DNA from: Camelus ferus
Taxonomy: Eukaryota
Direction: 5' to 3'
NCBI RefSeq assembly: GCF_009834535.1
Contig: NC_045697.1
Span: 56,422,001 to 56,486,000 of the forward strand
DNA length: 64,000 nt
The notes below the pieces were generated by a model. That model was not told where the DNA came from. It did not search any database and saw nothing but the letters and a program-made list of their open reading frames with translations. The position numbers were made by a program, and so were the translations under genes. Shown in pieces: positions 51,726 through 64,000 of the stretch; position 1 is the stretch's first letter, and each line of letters begins with the position of its first letter.

Positions 51726-53193
51726 TCAAAGAAATTACAACACAAGTCATCTTGATTCCACTGCACACATCATTTAACTGTTTGACATTTCATTATAAAA
51801 TTGTTCTCCTCTAACTGTAAATCTTAATTACACTGACTAAAACATAATTTATTTATATTTTTCAAAATAACAGATTCATCCAAAACAACTTGTGTGTAGT
51901 CTTAAAACTCCACCTAATTTTCACTGTGTATCATGTGTAACATAAAAATCATATTTAATAAATTTGGCCTCAAAGTTTTTTAGTTACTTCAGTGAGTTGT
52001 TCTATAATTTGACAGTACAATGAGGGGATAGGGTGTCGGTGTCCAAGATAGGACAATAAGAAAGTTGACTTTCCTACTGTGAAAATACTGGAAATACTTT
52101 TCAGAGGATATTAAAATGAATCACAACTCATAATGATATATAAAATTCCTAAGAACAATCATTTGTCATCCATTATCACCATGAATATAGCAAAATATTA
52201 TCCATTCTTTTTGTTTTTTAAACCCAAGCTTTGAACAGATACATAAGTGATACTAGTAAGTTACTATAAAGCAATTAAACATATCTATATCTATATATCA
52301 GTTCTGCCATATACTTAGGCTAATCAACCATTATTAAAAAGATATGCATTCCATGGAAATAATTACAACCTCTAAAAGCGTAAAAATACCTGCGAGCTTA
52401 TAATTTTTTAAAATGCAAAATATCCCAATTAAGTAAAACTTTGGATTAGTATAAAATAGGTTATGATTTGGCTTGTTTCATTCTAATGTTTTCTGTTTTG
52501 ATTGGAAATTATTTACCACGATTTGGATTTATGCCTCTCACTTACTCTGAACAAGGTCATAATTGTGGGACACTAACTACTGTCATGATTTTATAGGCAG
52601 AAGCTAGCACAGAAGATACTTTTATGATAAGAGATTGATAATTAGATTAATTTTTCTAGAACTAAATTTGTCTTTTTTTTGGTATAAGTACTCTCAAATT
52701 AAATTGACTTATTCTACCAATTACATAGTGATTCAAAGCATATAGTTAGTAACAGGTTTATTTCAAAGCTAATTTATTCTAATTGGTTCCATTGGAAGAA
52801 CCACTTGTCAAAATAAGTGATTTTATGGGTACATTTCTCTGATTGATTCTATTTGTAAATTTCCTGCTATATTTTATGGCTGAAGTGGGTGATTATGATT
52901 CTGGGTTAAAATATTCAGGTTTTTCATATTCTGCCACATGAGAGCTGGATAACTGTATTGAGAATTCTCCTCCTCCTCTTTCTCTTTTTCTTTGTCCTCC
53001 TGCTGCTTCTCTGCTTTCTTTCAGGGAAGGTAGCAGCAGAATCTCAGAAGTTATCTAAGAATAATTTAGATCTTTATAAGGTATATTCTCAATTCATCAC
53101 TGGGCAGAAATGTCATGAAGATCAATTTAGGTTAGAATCTTCATTAAACTCCCTCATTTGAAAAAGCACTAGATTTCTTTCTTTCTCTCTTTG

Positions 53194-53218
53194 TTTTTTT
53201 TTTTTTTTTTTTTTTTTT
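53194..53218. repeat. Poly(T)25 tract
   Basis: Homopolymer seen directly. Confidence 0.95.
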
Positions 53219-53515
53219 ACCAATGAAAAACAGATTAGTAAACATGATTTCATTTTTCTTCAAATTACAGAAAAGGTGTCTATTATTTTTAAACATCTTT
53301 GATGGTATGAAGAAAAGTATATAAAGATTTCACATATCATTATGCTGGAGTGGAGAGTGAAGGAGAAAGATAATATTTTGAGAATGAGATATATATCTCT
53401 AGATAGAAAGACATATTTGGTTTTGACTTGAATAAAAGGAATCTTAGTGTTTTCTTCTCTTTTTTTTTGTTTTGAATAAAGACCATTAATTATCACCCTT
53501 CCACCATTTTGCATG

Positions 53516-53539
53516 GTGTGTGTGTGTGTGTGTGTGTGT
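53516..53539. repeat. (GT)12 microsatellite
   Basis: Perfect GT run. Confidence 0.95.
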
Positions 53540-56500
53540 CTATGTAGATAACTTGTTTATAGGTCAGTGGACCAAAAGGAGCCATGCCCACAGCACAAAA
53601 TTCATTACCAAGAGAACTTGGCTCTGAGGTGGAGGGCTTAGACAGAAGAGTGGGTTATCTCTCTTGAGGAATTTCAGAGTATTTTCTATATGTGGAAAGA
53701 AAGAAGCAAAGGATATTTGATGCTCAGAAGTATGAAACGTAGCAGAGAATATTAAGAAGTATCCATTTTCCAGATTGTTCTTCATTAGGTTTCACTGGGA
53801 AATTACATAAGAAAAAAACTAAGAAAGATATTATAATTTTTGTAGAAATGCTGGTAAGAAATTTATCAGTGAATTTTTCATCTTTTTATGAGAACCACAA
53901 AAAAGTTTTTCTTGTGCTACCAAAATTTCTACATCTGACGTGAACTAACAAGCCTTTATACTACACAATCTATGATACTTGATAAGAAGACTGTAGTCAA
54001 ATTTTAAATGAGGTTTATACTTGTGTAGAGGTTTCTCCCTTTCAGGACTTAAAATTGGTTTCATTTTAATATGTGATCTTTTTTTTTTTTCACTTGACAC
54101 TGCTTTTTAAATTTTATATGTTACCCAATGATGTTACATGATTAGAACAAGTGAACCCAAACTCTTTTTGTAATTATGAGAAGTATGTAAAATAGACATA
54201 AATAAGTCAATATTTTTGTGGTTTGTGGTCACATAAATATACAAAATGTTGGGACATTGTTCAAAGGATATATTGACACTTATTAAAAGGAACACAAGGA
54301 CAGCATTGGTCTGAGAGAAAAAAAAATTCTCTGTATGAAATTATTAGAATTTAACAATAAAACCTTTGTTTACTTTTACAGTCATTTACTATTTTTTAAA
54401 AGGAGAATGGGCATTGAAAAATTCTTCAAGGAGGAAAAAGACTGTTTAGCATTGGTATCTATCACCCTTTTCAACAATTTTATTAAATCACTGCATTTTT
54501 GGAAGTTATAAATCACTTACGTAGCTCAATATATGTCCCATGATACACTATGAAAAGAAATTAGAATTAGGTAAGGCATTAAGAAATCTGTGATATTTGA
54601 GAAAGAGAGAGACAGAAGGAGAAGAGAGACTATAGATGATAGACAGATAGGCATGGATAACTTCTGGGGCTGTTTCCTTCTTTTCTTTTCATTAATGTAT
54701 CTTTGGAAGCACTATGTGCTGCAGAGCTGTTGCTCCCTATATTGAGGTGCATCCTGAGTTCTCTGGCCCAGACTACCTTGCGTTGGGCAGTGAGGGAGCC
54801 ACAGGGAATTTGGTGGGAAAATTATTTTTCCATTACGCGGGTCTCTGATCCTTAATGAAAGAATGTGACATTTATTGACTGGTGTCTGACATTCTGAATC
54901 TTTTATTAATAAAAGTTTTCCAAATAAATCTGACATACTGAAGGAGATAGAACACAATCAAATTGAATACTGCACAAAACCAGTACTCTTGGTGGTGGAA
55001 TGACTTTAATTTGTAGTTAGTAATTAAGTGAAGGTAAAAGGCATAGCTTGGACCTAACTAAAAGTCCATTCGTAGTAAAAAGGAATATTGAGTGTACAGG
55101 AAAAAATGGTAATTCATTTTCAGTAGCACCTATTTCTTAATAAAGTCATAACAACTGTTAGAAAGAAGACTTGAGTCTATTCCCTTATTACCTGTATTCA
55201 TGGGTAGGAATGATAATTAGTCATGTATACTGTGGATGATTTCAGTTTGCTTAGGGTAGCCTGTTTGGTAAAATAAACAGTATGTAACAGGTCTTAATTC
55301 CATGAAAATCTTGAAGAATCAATATTTTCTAATAAGATCAAACAATGAATTACATACAATGGATCTGATATATTCAAAGGACAAAAAAATGAATAGTATA
55401 TATTGAAAAAACTGTAGTGTGGTTTTTTGTAACGATGTATTTTAAAAGTGTTTTTGCTGTATTTCTTAGTTACACTGAGATACTATGTATGTGTATAAGT
55501 AATTACTATAGGAGAAAAAGACCAACATGCATTTAAATTAAGATAGTTTATAAATTCTAAAATATGTATTTGCCTCTAAATTTAAATTTCATTACATTTA
55601 TAGATTTATCAAATTTAAGTTCTAAAATTGTACAGTTATTCATTATGATATATTTATATGTAGCATTCCAAAGCATGTTTTCACACCTTTCATGTAACAG
55701 GTAGTTTGTTTACTGAGTAGAAGGTGGCACTGGGTCTGGCAAAGGTGTCACTTCAGAAATTTATGTTTCCAAACAATTGGCAAGGTTCTTATTAAGCTGA
55801 ATCCACTGTTCAGAAGAACCTACCTTTTGAGTAATATACCACGATGGTGCCTTTACACCAAAGATATATTATATGAGCACCACAGCACTGTGACAGTTCT
55901 AATGATGGATGGGATAATTCATCATGAACGTTAAGTTTTGTTGTATTCCTCAGAGTCGTTCCCTAGCTGAAGAAGAATGAGACTTAGAAAACAAAGTGGC
56001 TTCAGCTCCACAGGAAGAATTTGTCAGTCATTAAGAAGTCTATAGTGCATTTCTTTCTCTGATGAGGAATATAAGGCAGGAGTTATGAAAGCTGTTATAT
56101 GGAGCAGTGTCATTTCCACAAAGTACTGTACAACTGACTTGACGATTGAAGTATTTCTATTAAATATAAGAACTTTTGGTCAATGTGCAACATCTTTAGC
56201 ACCTACTTATTTATGCAGAACATCCCAAATGTTAGTATTTGAAGAAAGAAGATGCAAAAAACCTGGTTCTGGTCTATGAAAAGCGTTCAGTCTAATTAAA
56301 GAAGTTACATTTATTTAAATTATAAAAATTAACAACGTATGAAAAATTCTGCTTTAAGAGTTGATCCAAACACTACCCCTTCTAATATTCTGGAATAAAA
56401 ATGAGTACTGATATTTCAATGAGATGAGGGAGACAATAATTTTGCTCAATGCGCAGCTTTATGGGAAAGCATTCAGGACACTAACTCTTGCAAAAAAACT

Positions 56501-56702
56501 TTGTGCCAGGGACATGAATAGCCTTATGTGAATAATCTATTGCCTCCGAAGGAAATCTAACTGTAAAAGCCCTAGTGAAAAAGTGAGTGCACCCTCTATT
56601 TCTGTAGGCCGCCTACTTATGCAGAGGACAGTACAAATTTTGATTCTGTTTTTATCTCAAATATGAATGATTAAATTTAGATTATATATATAAAATCAGA
56701 CA

Positions 56703-56949
56703 GAAGGAAAGGGGGTGGGAAGGGATAAAATGGGAGTTTGAGATTTGCAGATACTAACTACTATATATAAAATAGGTAAATGTAAGTTTATACTGCATAA
56801 TACAGGCAACTATATTCAATATCTTACAGTAACCTATAATGAAAAAGATTATGAAAAGGAATATATGTATGTATATGTGTGACTGAAACATTATGCTGTA
56901 CACCAGAAATTGACACCACATTGTAAACTGACTATACTTCAATTAAAAA
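56703..56949 (+). mobile_element. L1 3' end (cetartiodactyl type)
   Basis: gggataaaatgggagtttgagatttgcagatactaactactatatataaaatag...gtacaccagaaattgacaccacattgtaaactgactatacttcaattaaaaa. Confidence 0.9.
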
Positions 56950-57089
56950 TTGGCTCCACTGGAGGGTACTGCCTTCTTTTAGTCTCATGCCTCTTCCTTC
57001 CTAGGGCCTATGTGTACACCAGTTCCTCTATCTGGAAAATCCTTACCTCCCATTTTATGACCTGTTAGATATACAAAAAAAAAGAAAAG

Positions 57090-58580
57090 AAAAGGTTAGA
57101 GAATGCAACCAAAAATCATGTTTATATCACTCAATGTAAGAAATAAAACATTGCCAATAGATTTGAATTTCTGTCACTCCAATCATATCTACTTCCTCCC
57201 CGACTCTCAGCCTCAGATAACCAATGCTCTGATTCAAAAGTTCCTCAATTACACACATTTAACAAATAGTTTGTACTACATATATACATATGCTTAAGTA
57301 ATGAATCACTGTTTCACTTGTTTTAAAACTTCGTATGTATAGGATCATGGTAGATACCATTGAATATCATGGTATGTATCCATTATGTAATTTATTTTTT
57401 ACACCCAATATTACTTAAAACAGTCATCTATATTTATACAGATAGAGCTAGTTTATCCATTGTCACCATTGTTTGATATTTAATGTATGAATACAACGTG
57501 ATTTGCTCATCCATTCTTCTAAAGATTACACTTAGGGCTTTAAATTTCCTAATTTATTTCCTTCTTTTTTCCTCCCTCCTTTCCTCCATTCCTCCCTTCC
57601 TTCCACTACTCTCCCTTTTCTTGAGTGATAAAATAAATGCTGATAAGAACAAGCTAGTATATTTCTCTTGTATACATACATATGGTTGGGTAACATTCAT
57701 CACATGCACATCTTCAGTTTTTGCTAGGAATTATCATATTGCTGACTAGAATGATTGTACCAGTTCATATTTCCTTAGCAGAATGAAAGAGATGTCATTT
57801 CTCTGCATCTTTGTTATCACTGTGGAATTCTGTCTTACTAGGTTTTTATTGCACTTTCCTGATAATAGAAAATTTGAGCTCATTTCATATGTTTATTAGT
57901 CTCTTCTGTGAATTGTCCAATTAAACATTCTGTTTGTTAGTCAGTTGGGTTGACCATTTCTCCTTAATTTTTAACTTTTAAAAATACATTATGTGCACAA
58001 ACTCTTGGAAGTATTTTCCAACCTAAGATTATACTTTAGCCCTCTGATGTCTTTTTATAACTATATAATGTAATCAAATGTTATCAAGGTTTTTCTTTAA
58101 AGTTTGGGTTTTTTTACTCCTTACTTAAGAAATCTCCAATCTTATGAAGAGTGTATTTTCTTCCTAAATTTAAAATTGGTTGTAAAATTAAAGTTTTAAA
58201 ATATATATGATGTCAGGTATGGATTCATTTTTTCTTCCACAAAGATAACTGATTGTGCAGGAAGCATTTGGTGTCTAGTCCATTTTTCCACACTGAGCTG
58301 TAATGTCCCCTGGATTGTACTTCATTTCCTTACAAGCACAGGTTTCTTTCTGGGTCCTATATTCAGTTTACTGTTCTAATTACCTCTTCATTGGTTAACA
58401 TCATATTTTAAACATATTATACTTTGATATCTGATAGGGCAAACTTCTTCAACTTATTCTTATCCTTTTTCAAAATTAACATGTCTCTTCTTATACTTTG
58501 GTTTTCCAAGTAAAATCTAGAAACAGGTTGTCAAACCTCATGAATAATACTGATAGGTTTTTTTTTTTTATTCCAACTGC
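57090..58580 (-). mobile_element. Ancient L1 (L1ME-like) 3' portion inserted in an L2
   Basis: Reverse-complement L1 3'UTR/ORF2 motifs (gattgtaccagttcatatttccttagcagaatgaaagag, catttcatatgtttattag, atatctgatagggcaaac); L2-like sequence on both sides. Confidence 0.7.
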
Positions 58581-59069
58581 AAATACTTAACCTAATTAAC
58601 ACCTAATTGCCTTTCAGATGTCATTTAAATAGATTTTTCCACTTTAATACAATCCATGATTTCTCTAAGAGTATTATACCCCCTAATATTATCTCACTGA
58701 AATATACCTCTGCTTTGTTGCACTTACTATGGGTACATTTTTCTATTTGTCTCTGAAAAGATTTGTCTATGTCTTTTCCCCACTAATGATACTAGTAATA
58801 ATAATAATAGTAAAATAAAAACAAGAATAACATAACTACTAATACTTAGTCAACATACATAAACACACAAACTGAGATAAATACTGAAATGAAACAGTAT
58901 ATTGTAGTGATTTAAGATAATGTCCTAGAAGACAGATTATCTAAGGCAGATCTGTATCTCTCAAAGAAAATCTTGGAAGCACAATATGTTAAATAGCATA
59001 ACTGGCTAGTCACTTACATTTTTATTTTGCTAAATATACCAATCAAAGTAAAACAAGTCAAATTAAAAG

Positions 59070-59265
59070 CAAATTAGGGGTCTGGGATTAACAGATACAC
59101 ACTATAATATATAAAATAGAGAAACAGCAAGGATCTACTGTATAGCATAGGGAACTATATTCAGTATCTTGTAAGAACTAATAATGGAAAAGAATCTGAA
59201 AAAGAATATGTATATATATATATGAATCACTTTGCTCATGTAACTATGCTTCCATAAAAATGATT
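59070..59265 (+). mobile_element. L1 3' end (cetartiodactyl type)
   Basis: gggattaacagatacacactataatatataaaatag...ctactgtatagcatagggaactatattcagtatcttgtaa...aatggaaaagaatctgaaaaagaatat. Confidence 0.9.
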
Positions 59266-61119
59266 AAAGAAAATGGAAAAAATGAATGTCACATTATCTT
59301 TGTGCTGATTTAATTATTAAGAAATAAAGAGAATATCTATCATGCATCTATTTATACCTTGATCTATCTAATATCTCTATCTTAAACACATATGTACACA
59401 TTAATTTAGTAATGCATGTTGAGAATATTCCAAAGGAAGTTTTTGCCCAAGCAATTGAAACTCAGGATAGAATAATCTTTCACTCCATAGAACAGCTGTT
59501 ACTTTGTTTACTGTAATTTACATCTATAAAACCTAAATAATAGTGAAAAGAGAATGGGAGTCTCCACAGTTGATTTGCAGGATAGAGCTTTTTGCTTTTA
59601 CTCATGCTATACAGTTTTGTTTTCCTTAAATTCAGTGTCCTTGTCTTTTGATGTAATCAGATCTTCTTTATCTTTCAGAAAATCAGAACAAAGGCCTATA
59701 TCTAGAAATGACCATTTATATTTTTCCAGACACTCTTCCCTAAGGGAAACATACTTTTCTCGCCAGCTGTTTTTTCATATTTGTCACCAAAAGGGATCTT
59801 TAAAAAGTGGCACCAGCTTCAATGGCTGAAAATGTTGTGCTCACAAGTGATTTCGTTTTGGGCAACTTTAACTTAAATAGCAAAATGAATATTAAAACAT
59901 TTTAAAGAACCACATTAATATACAACGAAGTGCAATAGAGGTGGAGATTTTTTAAGATGCAAAAACTCATATAGAGCTGCCAAACCTAGTTACACTAAAA
60001 ACAAGTGAGAAAAATGTAGACTGCCTCCTGAGCTTTCAAAAACCATCAGACACTCAATATGTAGTAATGACTGAACATATTCACTGTACTTAAAGCCTAT
60101 ATTAAAAGAAGTGTCTAGAGAAATTTGAATTAAAGAAGATTCTGTGAAATTTGCCTAAGTACAGAATGCACATCTATTTTGAATTTTCTTGCTTTTATTT
60201 AAGACAAGTGGCAGATAATTTCACAGCTGTCAGTTAATGCACATAATGAATGTCTTATAAAAGGATGAAAGCATGAAGTTGTATTCATGTTCCCCAAGTA
60301 TGTAAAATAAATTCAAAGGGATGTCAAGATCTGGTCTGAAATGAAAAATGCAAGAGCACTCTGGTTTAGCAGTGTGTGGGGACAGGGCTGGGGAAGGCTA
60401 AGCCCTTGTCTCCCCACAGATTAAATCAATAGGACAGCAGGCTTGAAACCTACTGCCTTAACTCTTAGATTTTTACATCAGTTTCTAAGGACTTTATTAT
60501 ATGGCACTTTTATCTGACATGGGGCCAACTTTAATTAATTGCTTTGAAACACTTTGTCTTTTAAATTTAATACTGAATAATGGCTTCTTTAGCTTTTAGG
60601 ATCTGTGGGCATTTTTTATCTAGACAAGATGGATAAGGACATCCTCTAACTATAGAAAAAAAAGCACAATGAAATTAATCAAACAGAACTGCATAGTGTT
60701 AACATAGGGTAGGTTTAACAAATCTAAATCTCATTCATCTAATCTCTTAAAGTTCCATGAAATTGTACCAGAGTTACTTTTTGATTTCTGAAAATGAAAT
60801 GCTTAGATACTATTTCTTTAGTACTACTGTGATAATCATTGTGCTGATTTAAACAAAAAAGAATCAATGAACAAAATATATGAAATCTGTGATGTTAGAC
60901 ATGCTTCAACTTATTTAAAATATCACCACAAAATTTATATGTTTTGGACATAGCACATAATCAATCACACACTCAAAACATGGGTTAATATTGTGTTTGC
61001 ACACAGAATATCTCCATTGCTTATTCATTTTGGTGATTCTTTATGGTTTGTTTCTATGCGCTTCTCTGAAAATCAGTATGTTTTTGCAGTCTTAACCTTC
61101 ACCTTTGCCTTGGTTTATG

Positions 61120-61580
61120 ATCCAGTCTACTGAAGGAAAGAAATCACCAGTTTAGGGTAGCATCAATTACAAACAAAATCACACAATCATCTACCCTTGA
61201 GTCAGAACTTTTTATTTGTAGCAATAGAAGTATCCAGAGCAACAGCATATTTGTGTCAGTTCCCTAAGTTCTAATTCCTAAGACGATGCAAAGAGGTCTA
61301 GATGACACCAGCATACGTGGAAGGTTCCATTACAGAAGATGAATCCTGACCTTACAGAAATTGAATCTTTTATAACAAACAGTGAGCATTCTTGCTCTTT
61401 GTTCCAGAAATAGACACAATCTCTACCTTCTGAGACTATAAGCCAAGTTCCCCTTTGCTCTGGAGAAAAGATATTATCTCTTATCTTCTAAGACTTTACT
61501 TTAGAACAATGGTAATCAGTTCCTAGGCTTGTGAGACATGCAGAAGTCTGAGAGACACCTAGAGAATTGTCTTCTCAATA
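61120..61580 (-). mobile_element. ERV solo LTR (LTR47/LTR29-like)
   Basis: gagacatgcagaagtctgagagacacctagagaattgtcttctcaata is the reverse complement of a tgttgggagacaattctc-type LTR start; cccctttgctctggaga block; related to the 27708 LTR. Confidence 0.6.
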
Positions 61581-61584
61581 TCAA

Positions 61585-61955
61585 GAATTATTATAAAATA
61601 ACATTAAATAATATAGTCTGATACTGGCAGAAGAATAGCTAAATAAACTAAGAGTCAAGAAACAAACCTACATATATAGTTACTTTACAGATGTGCCACT
61701 GCACTAGCAGTATACTTGGGAAAGATAGCCTTTTCAAAAAATTGTTTTGTGTTACTTGGATATCCATATGGGATAAAATGTATACATTTACACACATACA
61801 TATGCACATAGTGACTCCTATTTTGTACTGTAGACACAAAAGCAATGCAAGATGGATTATAGATTCAGACATGAGAGACATAAAAAAATAAAAAAAAAAA
61901 ACACTTCTAGGAGACAACAGAGAAGAAGACTTTCATGAGCAGATTTTTAAACATC
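61585..61955 (+). mobile_element. Old L1 ORF2 fragment
   Basis: tactggcagaagaatag, caagaaacaaacctacatatatagt, gggaaagatagccttttcaaaaaattg, tggatatccatatggga, aagatggattatagat. Confidence 0.75.
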
Positions 61956-62879
61956 ACTGAAGAAGGACATATTTGGAAGGCGCTGATAGCTCATTTCCCT
62001 CCCCGTTTGGTTGGCTGACAGATTTCTGGCTCAGCAGATCCTAGTAGAATCAATGGCAGAAGAGTTTGATATTAGTCAGTGGGTTTCAGATTACCACCCC
62101 TTCTAACAAAGTCACTTCCCAAACCAAGAAACTTCTACTTTTACATAGCCCCATACATTTTCCCTGCTCCCCTGTCCCTGTAACTAAGTAGAGCATTACT
62201 GAGGCAGTCTTCTTCTCTCCTCAGTGTGCACGCAGTCTATTTTTGCCCAGTGGAGGCTATAAGATAGGATAACAAGAGATTTTGGACACTTTATTCCTTC
62301 TCTGCTTCTAAGATTTTCCCAATAAACCCCACCTCATATCTGTACCTTTATGGAACTGTGGTTTTATATTTATACTCTTTTTTTTTTTTAAAGGCAGTTG
62401 TTGGCCATTAAGGGACATACTCCACTCTGCCTATGAATTTTTGGAAAAGTTTAACTGGCTTACATGGATGAGTACTATTTCTTCCTTATTTTGATAACAG
62501 GTCACCCTCTGCTAGCTTTGAATGAGTAGGCTGGCTGTTAGGTCAACTTAGCACTCCCTCCTCTAAAGAGACTGCTGAGATGTCTCTTCCAAGCCCCAAA
62601 GGAGTCATTTTGTCAAGGAAAGTAACAAGTAGCCACCTAGTCTGTTAGCCAATACCCAGCAACCTCCTAACATCCAGGCGTTTGATTAATTTCTTGAAGC
62701 CTTAAAAAAAAGCAGGTTGGCAGCAGAGAGGTCTGTGAACCACAAATTCCTCCGACAACAAAAACAAACAAACAAAAACCCTGGAGACCTTTGTGCCTCA
62801 TTCAAATATGGTGTGCTGGGTGCCAAGAGCTGGAGCTGAGTTGGGGGCTGCAGTGATCACAAGAAATCAAGGGCCCACA

Positions 62880-64000
62880 GGATTCAACAGTTTGGATAAG
62901 ATGATTCACTGAGAAACACTGCTGGCATCAGGCATATCTGTGTTTTGGCTCCTATTGTCCTGACTGATTATCTAGTAATGGCGGTTGACCAGAAAGCAGG
63001 GACTTGATATACAGATCCTAAAATTCGTACATAAGAACAAAGGGCCAGTAATAGTCAAGACATGTCTGAGGAGAGGTAAAGGTACATGGACTACAGAGAA
63101 AATGAGCACATGTGAGGGATCACTATGAAATTCATTTCCCCCTCACTGCACTATGCAAAAGAGTCAGGCTGTCCAGACTTAGACGTGGGTGGAGATCTCT
63201 GACCAGCTTGAGAACAGGAATACTGGCAATCTGCACCTGCTCCTCATCTCACCAAGCAACAAAGGAAACTGAGACAAGGCCACATTTTAGTTACAGCCAG
63301 AGAAATCCATCTTCAACAATGCCTGCCTGATGAATTAACATAAAAATTTGTAAAGGTTCAAATCCGTGTGTCTGAACCTCTTATTCTAGCCAGAGAAACA
63401 ATCAGAAAGCCCTCCAAAGTTGATATGGTAAATGAATAAATAGTAAATCAACAAAAAATCACAGTCATACACCAAACAAAGGAAAGCAAAGTCCATGAAG
63501 GAATACAAGTTGACTCTTACGTGCTCATCACCAAAACAAGTCCCAATAAATTTGTTGTGCTCAGTGTGAAGAAGTTGGTCAGATTCTGGACGAAAACAGT
63601 GAGTATGGTTAGTTCTGTGGATCAACTGACATCCTCTCTGAATCAAGACGGCAATATTTGTGATGCACCAGAAGATCTATGAGAGAACTGAGAGTTCAAA
63701 GGAAAACTACAGCAACATCTAACCAGGAAAAAATGGAGAAACACTGTTGGCCAAATTTGGTTATTTGGCTCAAGAAAATTTGGGCCCAACCTATTAGCCC
63801 ATAATAGTGAAGCTTTGTAAAACTCAGTATGGCCAGGCCATATGATATGATCAAATTTATGAAACAGCCAGTTAATACTGAGATTTGGGTGCTAGCACTG
63901 TGAGTATCTTCCAACTAGCAGCCCCCTCTGGGCCCATGTGTGAGGAGCCTCTCGTGGGCGTCTGTCTTGTCTTAGAATATGGGGCTTAAATAACTTCAAG
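62880..64000 (+). pseudogene. EFL1: Processed pseudogene of elongation factor-like GTPase 1 (EFL1/EFTUD1), internally deleted, continues past window end
   Basis: Hand translation gives NSLDKMI (62886), NTAGIRHICVLA, RYMDYRENEHM*GITMK (63080), [50 protein letters not shown] (63281 on), [32 protein letters not shown] and [23 protein letters not shown]. All are collinear with EFL1 as I recall it. Stops (63113, 63341, 63437), frameshifts, lost ATG, no introns. Confidence 0.92.
63003..63073 (+). mobile_element. Short L1 ORF2 fragment embedded in the EFL1 retrocopy
   Basis: gatcctaaaattcgtacataagaacaaagggccagtaatagtcaagacatgtctgaggaga resembles L1 ORF2 ILKFIWKNKGPRIAKTILKK coding sequence. Confidence 0.6.

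Noticed and set aside
56950..57095. L1 3' transduction (extra sequence then second A tract)
   Set aside because: No TSD brackets the unit, and the extra sequence is L2-like and resumes at ~58590, so it is pre-existing flank.
61960..62800. Inverted missing part of EFL1 or ERV internal sequence
   Set aside because: Spot translations showed neither EFL1 nor clear retroviral motifs, so it is left unassigned.
1..64000. CRISPR array, operon, prophage, numt or non-retroviral viral insert
   Set aside because: No regularly spaced repeats, gene-dense tracts, or recognisable mitochondrial or viral coding sequence; the window is typical mammalian repeat-rich DNA.

Overview
AT-rich, repeat-dense mammalian DNA from a gene desert or deep intron. 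It is probably camelid (camel/alpaca/llama), judged from four tRNA-Ala-derived vic-1-like SINEs and cetartiodactyl-type L1 3' ends. No intact protein-coding exon could be identified; the ORF-track ORFs look like chance ORFs or L1/L2/LTR remnants. The only recognisable host-gene sequence is a decayed, intronless EFL1 (EFTUD1) retrocopy at ~62880-64000 that runs off the window. It shows an apparent exon-sized skip, a ~1.4 kb internal deletion and an L1 fragment near an exon junction. The rest is MaLR/ERVL/ERV1 LTRs, a nested ERVL pro-pol remnant, L1, L2, MIR, Tigger/Charlie DNA transposons and microsatellites. The most unusual non-repeat structures are a 36-bp near-perfect inverted repeat (11323-11416), a short interstitial telomere array with a flanking duplication (48481-48534) and several candidate enhancer motif clusters. 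I found no evidence for a new multi-gene system. Repeat subfamily names and EFL1 residue/exon numbering are recalled from memory, and repeat boundaries are approximate.
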